NCBI GenBank assembly: GCA_963514005.1
Contig: OY740794.1
Span: forward strand, 42,780,001 to 42,844,000
DNA: 64,000 nt
Direction: 5' to 3'
From: Raja brachyura
Taxonomy: Eukaryota
Below the pieces are notes generated by a model. It did no database searches, was not told where the DNA came from, and saw only the letters and a program-made list of their open reading frames with translations. Shown here piece after piece: positions 1 to 11,091 of this stretch; position 1 is the first letter of the stretch, and each line of letters starts with the position of its first letter. The position numbers and the translations under genes were made by a program.

Positions 1-390
1 ACAGCACCTCATATTCCGCTTGGGGAGTCTGGATCCTCTGGGCTTGAACATTGAATTTTCTCAATTCTGTTAACCCAGACTGCCCCGTCCCCTCCCCACC
101 TCTCCCTCAGCCCTGGCATTTGCTCTCTCTCTATCTCTCCCCCACCCATGTCGCACTAGCTTCTCATTTTCACACTACTAACAGCTTACAATGGCTTGTT
201 TCCTTTATCATCTATACTTTTTTGCATATCTTTCATTCATTGTTCTTTATCTCTCCACATCTCCGTCTATATCTCTCGTTTACCTGATCCCTAACCAGTC
301 TGAAGAAGGGTCTCGACCCAAAACAGCGCCTATCTCCTTCGCTCCTTAGATGCTGCTGCACCCGCTGAGTTTCTCCAGCCTTTTGTGTAC
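1..390 (+). mobile_element. Penelope-like retroelement 3' end (end of GIY-YIG domain plus pLTR)
   Basis: Translates QHLIFRLGSLDPLGLNIEFSQF, followed by a pLTR with a mutated hammerhead core (CTGAAGA..AAAAC, ~299-325); homologous to 27700-27880. Confidence 0.85.
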
Positions 391-1154
391 CCTGGTGCTG
401 AACACATCTTGGTGGAACCAGTTTGTTGCTTGTATTACCTCGCTACATACCTTGCCTGTAACGTGAAAGACAACTGGACCATTTGGTTTCCATGGTCAAA
501 CTCACGGTTCCCTTTGGCTATAACTCGGAGGGTCCCTCCTGGTCATGTGCCCAACAATATTTTGCTCCACCTAAGCAACGAGTGGATGAAGTATATCAGA
601 TCTGCATCTCACCCACAGCAGTGCCAATGCACAATTTAATTGTTGCTTAATGGGCTGGGCTGAACTGTGCTGTTGCAATCACCCTTCTCATTTATGTAAA
701 TGTTCAACCTTTCTTTTTCCACATCTTCCTTGCTGGTTTCATTGTTCCCAGAGCGGGAATGTGTCTTAACCTTTCTCCATGCATCTGAGGACTACTATCT
801 TTACCAACAATATCTTTCTTCACATAAGAGTCAAGAGTGTTTTATTGTCATATGCCCTGAAACTGAATAATGAAATGCCCAAACCATGCCGCCGTGACTA
901 TGTGGTTTGGAGTTTATTTGAACGTTGTAGTCTTTAATAGTAAGATTAAACGAGAACTTACCAGTTTGAAGTTTGATCTTTATTTTATGAGGAGTTACGA
1001 TGAGGGATTACGTGAAGACCCCGCCAGCACGCATGCGCGACATTCTTCAAAGCAGTGGTGTGAAATCACAGACAGTCACAATGACTAATATAGTAAGATA
1101 AGAGAGAACTTTCATACCAGGTGATCTTTATGGTAGAGGGTTGGGAGCGGAGGG

Positions 1155-1268
1155 CACGTAATCCCTCATCGTAACTCCTCATAAAATAAAGATCAAACTT
1201 CAAACTGGTAAGTTCTCGTTTAATCTTACTATTTTATTTCGGTAGTCACATGAGTGACTACGTGAAGA
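1155..1268. repeat. Internal complementary region (ICR) of DIRS copy A
   Basis: 1155-1233 is a perfect 79-nt reverse complement of 936-1014; 1229-1268 is the reverse complement of 5678-5717 (39/40). Confidence 0.95.
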
Positions 1269-1425
1269 TTTCAAAGCTCTGTGATTTCATGCCCTGGAAG
1301 CTCCATGCTCACACACCGCTAAAGTTGGGATAAGAGGATGAACGTAATTCAGACAAGACACTGGCTGAAAAACAAAAATAGGTATTTATTCATACCAAAA
1401 CAATATAGTGTCCCATAAGGGTAAA

Positions 1426-2401
1426 CTATCTGGCAGCACTCAAAATCCTCCCTGCATAAGTGTCAGGGGAGGTCACGGGTTTATAGTAAAAGCGGTGAAA
1501 AGTCTTTTCGTTACTCCAACCCGCTGTGGCCAGGATGTGGTCCAATGGTACTTCCATCCTCCTAGCCGCCGAGGTGGATGCCGCCCTGGTGGAGTGAGGT
1601 TTGAATATGTTAGTGTCCACCCCCGCCGCATCCAGTACCACCCTTAACCATCTAGAAATGGTTTGCACCGTGACTTTATGATGGGGCTTCTTGTGACTAA
1701 TGAGCAATGCTGTCTCCGTGCCCTTAGATTTTTGGTGACTGTGATGTATCGTGAAATTAACGTGACGATACAGAGACGAGAATCTGCTGGATAAGCCAGA
1801 AATTCTAAAGTATGACCAGACACTCCGGGTCGATCTTGTTTCAACAGTCCCTGCACATAAAAAATGATTTTGTCATTGGTGATTGTCATAGCATCCAGAT
1901 TAAGTTTGTGCAGGGACTGGACCCGTTGTGCCGTGATAAGTGCCATGATCATTACCATTTTGTAAGTGAGTTTTGCCAGAGTGAGTCCCGAGTTAGGTGT
2001 CCATCCTCGCAGCATAGTCAAGACTGTGCTGATATCCCAAGTATGGCTATGTCTGGCCCTGGGGGGATTGGAATTGAATATTCCCCTCATAAGTTTGGAT
2101 ACTAAAGGATGTGATCCAATTCCCAATTGGTCACTCCCCCGGCCCAAGTAGGATGATAGGGCACTCCTGGCACTGTTTATGGCACTGTAGCTCAATCCCT
2201 CATCGAAGTGAAGGGTAGCCAAGAATTCAGCACTTCCGTTATGGTGGCGGTTTCATATGTGGTGTTGGCTGTGATGCAGAATCCTTCCCATTTCCTGATG
2301 TAGGTCAGGTACTGCTTCCTTGTGGACTCTCTGCAAGCTGCTGTGATGGTGTCTATGGTCCTGTTGGTGAGTCCGAATCCGCAAAGAGGCCGTTTTAAAA
2401 T
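1426..2401 (-). pseudogene. DIRS tyrosine recombinase (two frameshifts, ~2225 and ~1720)
   Basis: ORF pieces 2192-2407, 1644-2222 and 1426-1707 carry AQRVQ (R), LKQ (K), HSTR (HxxR), AGW and FYYK (Y). Confidence 0.92.
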
Positions 2402-4321
2402 CTGCAAATTAACAGGTCCATGCGGTCATGACATGGGTGATGTTCTCCTGTTACGGGGTGAATGAGCAGGCTTGGTCTTTTATGGACCCGGATGCAAGGT
2501 TCTGTGGCCATCTTCTGTACCATAGGGAACCATGGTTGGGTAGGCCAGTCGGGCACCACCAAAATCCCCGATGCGGAATCTTGTTTTATTTTCTGCAAGA
2601 CCCGACTGATGAGGCAGAAAGGGGGAAATGCATAGCAAAACAAATCCCCCCAATGTAGCGTGAAGGCATCCATCGCTACTGCCCCCGGGTCTGGTTCCCA
2701 AGCAACATATGTTGGTAGTTGGTGATTTAACCTAGACGCGAAAAGGTCGATATCTGGTGTCCCATAATGTTCTACAATATCTGAAAACACATTCCGATCC
2801 AACATCCATTCTATGTTGTCGTTGAATTTGCGTGACCTGGTGTCTGCCACTGTGTTTAGCTTACCTGGAAGGTAAGTGGCTGAAATCCAAATTTCCCTTT
2901 GCAGACACCAGTGCCAGATATTGTTATCCAATTCATCACACGATATCGACTTTATACCGCCCATGTGGTTAATATAGGCCACCACCGTGGTGTTGTCAAT
3001 TTGTATTCTAACATGAACTTTGTGCATATTTGTGCAGTATGCTTTAAGGCCGTGAAATGCTGCCAGCATTTCTGAATAGTTAATCCCCAAGTTTTTGAAT
3101 TGGGTTAACTCTGGTGCACTCCATCTACCTCCACAACTAGAGGTAGTGTTAGTAGCTCCCCACCCTTTGGCACTGGCATCCGTTTGTAAGATGATCGAGG
3201 GATTGATGATAGTGATCGATTTAGAACAATTTTGGGCATTACCCATCCACCAATATAATTCGGCTTTCGCCTTTTCCAGTATTTTCATAGGCCTATCGAA
3301 ATGGCCTGCATGATTTTTGAGCGCTGTAATTTTGGCTCTTTGTAAGTTTTGGTAATGTAAAGGCCCAAATTGTGCTGCAGGAAATGCAGCCACTATCTTC
3401 CCAATCACCCTGGCCACCTGCCGAATGGATGGGTCCTTAATGCCAATGAGGCTCCTGCAAGCCTCTCTCCACCTTGCTTGGTGGCAACGTGATAGACATA
3501 TGCACTGAGTCAATAATGAACCCTAGGTATTTCATGGTGGTAGAGGGTTCTAATATTGATTTATCTGGATGTATAATGAAACCCAGCTTCTGAAAGAGAT
3601 GTTTCGTGGCTGTAACTGCCAATGTAGCCATTTCCAAATTTTCCCCCACAATGAGGATGTCATCAAGATAGGCCATAACAGTATGATTCTGTTTCCTTAA
3701 GTAGGCCAAAGCTGGTTTTAATATCTTGGTAAACAATCTGGGTGCTGACGATAACCCATTAGGTAAGGCTTTGTATTGCCATAATTGTCCCATCCAGATA
3801 AATTTTAAGTATTTCCTATGATCCTTGTGTATTGGTACTGAATAGTATGCATCTTTGAGGTCAATGCATGCCATGTAGTACCCATCGGCTATTAACTGTA
3901 TAGCAGTGTCGAAGGTGTCCATTTTGAAATGAACATACTGAACAGAAGTATTCAGTTCGGTCAAATCTATGATAATGCGGCAACCGCCGTCTTTTTTATT
4001 TTTGGTGAATATATTAGACACGAACTCCTGAGGTTCTTTAATGGCTTTCTCAATTACCCCTTTTCCTATTAACCTGTGAAGTTCAGCATGCCCTGCTGCC
4101 TTCTCTTTTTGAGAGAGGATGAATTTTCGGCTAGGTGAATGCTGGACCGGGGTAGGGAGTTCGTGAATAAATTCAATTTTGTAGCCCTGAATACTCCTGA
4201 GTATGTAAGGATCAGAGGTAAAAGTGAACCAATTCTCGTAGAACATGTGCAACCGGCCCCCTACATAAAGTGAATTTAGGCAAGATGTGTTTCTGGGGAA
4301 CCCAGACCCACCTACCTCCAT
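2395..4321 (-). pseudogene. DIRS pol: reverse transcriptase, RNase H and Dam-like methyltransferase (frameshift ~3460)
   Basis: RT IDLKDAYY, LPNGL, YLDD; RNase H LQTDAS, IDNTT, NTVAD; MT DIDLFAS and YAFPPF. Confidence 0.95.
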
Positions 4322-5534
4322 GGTTACTGTCGGTGTTGTGGTTTCTGTCCTGTTTCCTTGGTTGGTTCATTGTGTTGTAGGAGTGGCGCATCTTCCAAGA
4401 AGGCCGGGCTGGGCCATGGCCTAAAAAAGACCGCTGTGCAGGATTGCCGGCCTTCGAGCTTTCACCACCGGCAGACCTGTTATGGTAACTCTGTCCGGTG
4501 GGTGTGTAGGGGTGCTGTCCTTGTGGGTAGTGAGACTTGGTGTAGCCAGGAACCTTGATCAGGCCTAAGGCCTTGGCCTCCTCATCAAGGTCTTTAACCT
4601 GCTTGGGGAGATCATCCCCGAACAGCAGGCTTGGAGGCTGAGTCTTCCCAGGCTTACACAACCCCGCAAACTTGGGGTTAAGCGCCGGCTTTATGATGCT
4701 TTTTCTGAAATTATTGATCTCATACTGGGTATTGCACAGTAGAGCCAAGGCATCTTGCAGTTCTTCCGGCATCTCAATACCCACTGCAGTTCTGGCCACT
4801 GCCGTAATCCCGGCGGTTAGGAGCTTCAGGATCCTTTGAAGTTTTATCTCCTGCCCTCTGCTCGAGGGGCTCATGTTCCCCCATATAGGGTTGTTTACCG
4901 CAGGGACATTTAGCGAGTTGCAGTTTTCAGGTGCCATATATTTGTCTGCAGTTGCATTAATGGCCTGTTCCTGCAGCTGGTTAGTTGCCATGTAGTTAAT
5001 GCTGGCAGCCAGCTTTGGGTGGATTGGTAGGCCCTTCTGGTTGGGCATTGCATGTTGGCTTACCATATCCATGTAGTCTTCACACACCCCTGACACAGAT
5101 GGTTGTTCAGCCAGCTCCCCTTCTTCTGGGTCAGCCCAGTTCTGACCCTCAATGCTCCCCTGCAAGGAGGGTGAGACATTAGGCAGTCCTCGGTAGGAAC
5201 CTGCCGTGGGCCTGTTAAGAGGCCCACTGTGACTCTGCCCCTGCATTAGCAGGTCACGTTGGAGCAATTGCTCCATCATCCGCTCCATGCGGGTTAGACG
5301 ACCTCCGTCGCTATCTGCGAACGGGGTGTCCTCGGGACCGGACTCCGCTGAGTCGGCGGCCTCGTCCGACTTCCGGGTGGCTCTACCGCCCGACCGTGGC
5401 GTCCCAACGGCCCCTATGGGCGAGAAGTCGGGAGCTGCAGGTAAAACCTGCAGCTCTGGAGAGGCGGCTCGCTGCTGGCTGCTCTCCTTGGCAGCTGCTT
5501 TGGCCGCAGCTCTTTTAGATTTTCGTGATTCCAT
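4212..5534 (-). CDS. DIRS gag-like ORF1, copy A
   Basis: First ATG after the 5' ITR is at 5534 (MESRKSK). Shares RMERM and NCNSLNVPxVNxPIWGN..KLLTAGITA..LCNTQYEIN with copy B. The ancestral stop was probably TAA at 4326-4324, as in copy B. Confidence 0.85.
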   Translation of the reverse strand: MESRKSKRAAAKAAAKESSQQRAASPELQVLPAAPDFSPIGAVGTPRSGGRATRKSDEAADSAESGPEDTPFADSDGGRLTRMERMMEQLLQRDLLMQGQSHSGPLNRPTAGSYRGLPNVSPSLQGSIEGQNWADPEEGELAEQPSVSGVCEDYMDMVSQHAMPNQKGLPIHPKLAASINYMATNQLQEQAINATADKYMAPENCNSLNVPAVNNPIWGNMSPSSRGQEIKLQRILKLLTAGITAVARTAVGIEMPEELQDALALLCNTQYEINNFRKSIIKPALNPKFAGLCKPGKTQPPSLLFGDDLPKQVKDLDEEAKALGLIKVPGYTKSHYPQGQHPYTPTGQSYHNRSAGGESSKAGNPAQRSFLGHGPARPSWKMRHSYNTMNQPRKQDRNHNTDSNHGGRWVWVPQKHILPKFTLCRGPVAHVLRELVHFYL

Positions 5535-6440
5535 TCCTGTACTATGTCGTTGACTCAGTCCTCCGGTGAGACTTACCTGGCGTAAGCTATTTAAACTTAC
5601 GCTGGAGGAGCCCCGCTCCTCCCGACCGTCGCTTCCGCATGCGTACGACGATATGTCGCGCATGCGTGCTGGCGGGGTCTTCACGTAGTCACTCACGTGA
5701 CTACCGAAATAAAATAGCCTGATTGTTATAGGGATGAAGCTGAACCTGGATGTTAACAATTTTCAGGCTTCTATACTTTCTTCTCGATGGTCAGAGTGAA
5801 ATGAGAGTGTGGCCAAGGTGGTGTGAGTCCCTAATGATGATGGCTGCCTTTTTAAGGCACACTCCCTCCCTCCGATGGTGGGGAGATCAGTTCCTGTGGT
5901 GGGCTGGGCAGTGCTCACCACGTTTTGCAATCTTCTTTTTCTTGGGTGTTTGGGTTGCTGAACCAGGCCACGATGCAACCAGTCAATATGCTCTCTACTG
6001 TGCACTTGTAGAGGTTCAAGAGAGTCTCGGTGACGTTTCCAAATCGCCTCAATCTGCTGAGGAAGTGGTGGCGTTGATGGGCTCTCCTTATGATTGCATC
6101 ATTGTGTTGGGTCCAGGGCAGCTATGTCACTGTGCTTCTCCAACCCAACCAAATCTGCCACAACCTCCCCCAGTCAGCAACCCAAGCTATTTGATGGTGG
6201 CTCCAGGCTCCACTATCTTTGCTTAGTTAAACTAATAATTTCATTTCGGAGTCACGTGAGTGACTTCGTGAGGAACCAGCCAGCACGCATGCGCGACATA
6301 TCGTCGCAACGCATTGCAGTCGACGGCTGGAGGTGGAGCGCGGCTCACCACCAGCCCTCCATAAGGGCCGCTCAGGTAAGTGTAACTAACCTTGAGTTGG
6401 TTGGTTTTTGTTGCGCGAGTGTTTTTCTCCCAACAGAAAC

Positions 6441-8184
6441 ATGGATAGGAAGAATAAGGGCCATAGGACGTCCGCACGGAGTCGCCGGCCACCCATCCCG
6501 GAGCCCTCATCAACGGCTACACCTGCGAGTCAGGCCGGGAAAAAGGCAAGGAAGGTGGGGAGCCCTGTCGTCACAGGACCCGACCTGCCGATACTCCGCA
6601 GCTCTAGCGAGGATCCCGCAGAGCAGGACTTCGGTGTGCCACCGGAGCAGGCTGACCCTGACTCCATATCTCTGTCGCCAACGGGCTCGTTGGTCGACCA
6701 GGGCAAACAGGGTTCACGTGCTGCCGCACGGCCCTTCTCCCTGAGCCCTCGGAGGAGAGGGAGGGATAGAGCCCGTCAACCTAGCCCTTCGCGGGCAAAG
6801 GTATCACCTGCCGCTAGATTGCGGACTGGTGAATTGGCGGGACTCAAGTCCACTGGGAGACCTGGAAGGACCAGTGTCGACTCACCAACCACCAGGACCA
6901 GGAAGAGTCATTCAGGTGGAGTCCCGCCACGGTCACCGAGTCCCCCGTGGATGGGAGGACGGGACCGTACACCGTCTAGGCCCAGGATTAGGGCAGTCGG
7001 CAAGCCCGCGCGGATGTCGGGTCACCACGCCGAGGCGTCGGGTGCCAACCTCTCACCGCGTTTGCCCTCCGAGGCAGCGGGATCGAGCTCCGCCAAAAGG
7101 AGGCGTTTGAGCAGATCCGCGCGGGAATCGCTCAGTTTCGCTGCGGCGGCTGGTAGCGACAGTTCTTTCTGGCACCGAGATTACCTCAACGAGGTACGGG
7201 CCGATGACAGGAGCCTCAGCAGTTCCGTTGAACATGAGGACTCCGACCGCCCGTGTTCGAAGGGCGAAGGGCGTATTGACAGGATGGAGCGGATGTTGGA
7301 ACTTCTCCTGCAACAAAACCAGAGGCGGGAAACATCTAGTTCCAGAGGGCACATGGAGTTATCCCCATCGTCAGCGGGAAGCCTGAGACAGCCGGAGGAT
7401 GAGGACATCTTGGTCCATGCACCATCTACATCTGAGGCCCCTCAGGAGGAGCTCCTGGATGTGGCAACTAAATTTGCACTGTCGGAGTCGTCAGGACTAC
7501 ACCTCAACCCCAAACTGGCTGCCACCGTGGACTTCCTGACGAACCATCAGCTTCAGGAGGAGGTCCTGTCGGAGGCCATGAATAGGCACAAAGCCCCAGC
7601 AAATTGCAACTCCCTCAACGTGCCCATCGTCAATACGCCGATTTGGGGCAACATCAGCCCAGGGATCAGAACCCAGGAGATGAAGCTCCAACGGATCCTG
7701 AAGTTGCTCACTGCTGGGATTACCGCGTTTGCACGGTCGGTGGACGGGGAGGATCTGAACACCGAGCAGGAGGATGCTCTGGCACTACTGTGCAACACAC
7801 AGTACGAAATAAACGCATTTAGAAAGAGCATTATTAAACCCACACTGAACCCAAAATTTGCGGGACTATGCAAAGCACCTCCTACACCGCCACCCAGACA
7901 GTGTCAAGGAACTGGATGACCACGCTAAGACGGTGGGGCTCATGCGGTCACATATCTCGACCAGGCAGCCGGCCAGGAAAGTGCCATTTTTCAGGCCACG
8001 AGGCCCTGCAGTTAGGCCAGCAAGGACCTACGCTCCAGCACCACCTCAATTTCAGCAACCTCAACAACCTAGGCCTTTTTTAGGGCTAGGCCCCCAGCGG
8101 CCACCATGGAAGATGCGGACGCCGCATCATCAGCTCAACCCAGCACCTCCACGTCCTGCCAAACATATCAGGGACCGCCGATAA
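6441..8184 (+). pseudogene. DIRS gag-like ORF1, copy B (frameshift/deletion ~7890-7900)
   Basis: ORF 6408-7919 (ATG 6441) continues in ORF 7858-8184 (DSVKELDD..PFLG..WKMR), collinear with copy A gag. Confidence 0.85.
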
Positions 8185-8186
8185 CC

Positions 8187-10114
8187 ATGGAGGTAAGGCG
8201 GTCTGGATTTCATGCACCTGCATGCTTAATTTCACATGTTGGTGGGAGACTACGGTTCTTTACGGAGGCATGGGGAACCATCACTTCTGATGAGTTTATC
8301 TTACAAAGTATTCAAGGCCATGAGATTGAATTCATCAATGGTAAAATCCCTCCATCCCAGCATATGCCAGATCGGAAATTTACACTGTCCAGCAAAGAAA
8401 CGGCAGTAGGCTATGCTGAAATCTTAAGGCTACAAGAAAAAGGTGTGATAGAAAGAACTATTCACGAACCAATTGAATTTGTATCCAACGTATTTACAAA
8501 AACCAAGAAGGATGGAGAATGTCGGGTTATTATTGATCTGACCCATTTGAATACTTTTGTAAAATATACCCATTTCAAAATGGACACGTTCGAAACAGCC
8601 AAGTTACTGATTTCTGAGGGCTGCTTCATGGCATGCATTGATTTAAAAGATGCATACTATTCAGTATCCATTCAGAAACACCACAGGAAGTTCTTGAAAT
8701 TTACCTGGATGGATCAGCTCTGGCAATACAGAGCTTTGCCAAATGGGCTTACCACAGCCCCTAGATTATTTACTAAATTGCTCAAACCAATACTGGCTAC
8801 ACTAAGGAGACAAAATCATATAGTGATGGCCTATCTAGATGATATCCTAATTATTGGGAACACGCTGGAATCAGCGGAACTGGCAGTTTCAGCCACCATG
8901 GAAATTTTTCAGAAAATGGGGTTCATTATCCATCCAGATAAATCAAAGTTCTGCCCTTCACAGGTCATGGATTATCTGGGGTTCACGGTGGATTCCAATC
9001 GCATGAGGGCCACCATACCAACTAACAAAGTTGGGGATGTCATCCAAGTATGCAAGAATCTAGTCTGCGCCAGTATACCATCAATTAGACAAACTGCTAA
9101 GGTGATTGGCAAGATCGTAGCAGTTTTTCCAGCTGCCCAATACGGACCTTTGCATTATCAAAATCTGCAGAGAGCCAAGATCTCAGCGTTAAAACTGAAC
9201 GCTGGACATTTCGATAGACCTATGCAGCTGCCTCTAAAGGCAAAAATTGAGTTACAATGGTGGATTGACAATATTTGTGACTCGTTTAAACCCATCATTT
9301 TGCCCAATCCGATGGTATACTTACAAACAGATGCAAGCTCCCATGGCTGGGGAGCCACGGACAACTACTCTAGTTGTGGAGGCAGATGGGACACCCTTGA
9401 ATCTACCCTGTTGTTGTCACAAGGGATAAACTATTTGGAGATGCTAGGAGCATTTCATGGACTTCGAGTTTATTGTTCTAACCTTACTGACGCTCATGTC
9501 CGTCTCCAAATAGATAATACCACTGCGGTGGCATATCTAAATCATATGGGCGGTACCAGGTCAGTTTCATGTGATGAATTGGCAAATACAATTTGGCTCT
9601 GGTGTATTCGACGGAATATTTGGATTTCAGCTACCTATTTACCAGGTAAGCTCAATACAGTGGCGGACACCAGGTCACGCAAATTCAATGACAACATCGA
9701 GTGGATGTTAAATTCCCAAATATTCGCTAAAGTTACAGCCAAATTTGGTAAACCGGATATCGACCTTTTTGCGTCACGGTTGAACCATCAGGTACCAACA
9801 TACGTTTCGTGGGAACCAGATCTTGGGGCAATGACGATGGACGCGTTCTCGCTAGATTGGGGGAAATGGTTTTTCTATGCATTTCCTCCATTTGCCTCAT
9901 CAGTCGGGTATTGCGGAAAATCCAGTCAGATGCTGCTAAGGGCATTCTTATCATACCCGACTGGCCTACGCAGCCATGGTATCCGGTGGTCCTTGATATG
10001 ATCAGTCAACCATGGGTCCTCTTAGAGGGTTGCCCACAATTGGTGACGAACCCTGTCTCAGGGGAACCACATCCCTGCCACAGTCACCTAAACCTATTGG
10101 CTTGCAGGTTCTGA
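8187..10114 (+). pseudogene. DIRS pol: RT, RNase H and methyltransferase (1-nt frameshift ~9892; alternative in-frame ATG at 8106)
   Basis: IDLKDAYY, YLDD, LQTDAS, INYLEM, DIDLFAS, YAFPPF; the C-terminus continues in ORF 9809-10114 (CLISRVLRKI..LLACRF). Confidence 0.95.
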
Positions 10115-11091
10115 ACAGGCCATTACTACGGTATGGCCTATCATCCAGAACTATGGATACCATTGGAGCGTCATGCCGGGAGTCCACCAGGCGGCAATAT
10201 CTCACACATATCCGGAAATGGGAAACGTACTGCGGCCGCTCCCACATTGCATACGACTCCGTTACCATCACCGACGTATTGGAATTTCTGGCGGGGTTGC
10301 ATCATGACGAACACCTCAGCTACAGTGCCATCAACAGCGCCAGGAGTGCGCTATCATTCTACCTCAATATTGAGGTAGGATCCAACAGGCTGGTGTCCAA
10401 GCTCATGCGGGGAATATTTAATTCCAATCCGCCAGACCTCGTTATAACATCACCTGAGATATTGGGAAGGTATTAACCCTGCTCAGGACGTGGTCGCCCA
10501 TGGAGGGGCTTGAATTGGACAAACTCACCCTGAAGCTGGTGATGTTACTGGCACTGACTTCAGCGCAGAGGGTACAGACACTCCACAAGGTCAGGATCGA
10601 CAGGATGATCTCTACCCCTGGCGAAGTAATCTTCTTCATAGACGAATTACTCAAGCAGCATAGACCTGGGTTCACAGGGCTGCAGCTGAAGTTTCCAGCA
10701 TACCCCGCTGATGCAAGGCTATGTTTAGACGCCCATATCCGCCACTACATCAAAGTGACGAGAAAATTGAGGGGAATGGAGAAATATTTACTCATCAGCC
10801 ACAAGAAACCTCACCATAGAGTGATGGTACAGACGATCTCCAGGTGGCTCAGGATCGTCTTGGGTGAGGCAGGTATTGACACTAATGTCTTTAAATCCCA
10901 TTCCACCAGGGTCTGCATCGACGTAGGCGGCAAGGGTCATGGAGGTGTCCATGGACCATATTCTTGCCACAGCAGGATGGGCGAACGAAGCCACCTTCCA
11001 GCGGTTTTACAATAAACCTGTTGCCGCTCCTGCATTGTTCGCGGAGGCCGTGCTGAATGCAGGTCAAGAGCATGCAGATGTCCCCCAGTGA
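10108..11091 (+). pseudogene. DIRS tyrosine recombinase, copy B (frameshifts ~10435 and ~10911, nonsense codons)
   Basis: AQRVQ, LKQ, HSTR, AGW, FYNK; in-frame TGA near 10455 and TAG near 10924 indicate genuine decay. Confidence 0.92.

Larger units (their letters stand above)
936..5717 (-). mobile_element. DIRS1-type tyrosine-recombinase retrotransposon, copy A (full length, 4782 bp)
   Basis: gag, RT-RH-MT and YR ORFs; ITR core 1011-1043 vs 5653-5685; ICR 1155-1268 complementary to both termini; AATAG at both ends. Confidence 0.95.
825..6125 (-). mobile_element. Rex1/Babar-type LINE 3' fragment split by DIRS copy A (pieces 825-935 and 5718-6125)
   Basis: 5763-6005 reads RRLQNVVSTAQPTTGTDLPTIGG, the Rex1-type RT C-terminus. 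Joining 935 to 5713 regenerates the uninterrupted paralogue at 33550-34030. Confidence 0.8.

Noticed and set aside
6376-6436. Possible short intron just before the gag ATG (..TTTCTCCCAACAG)
   Set aside because: 61 nt in B and only about 40 nt in A; too short to be convincing for a vertebrate spliceosome.
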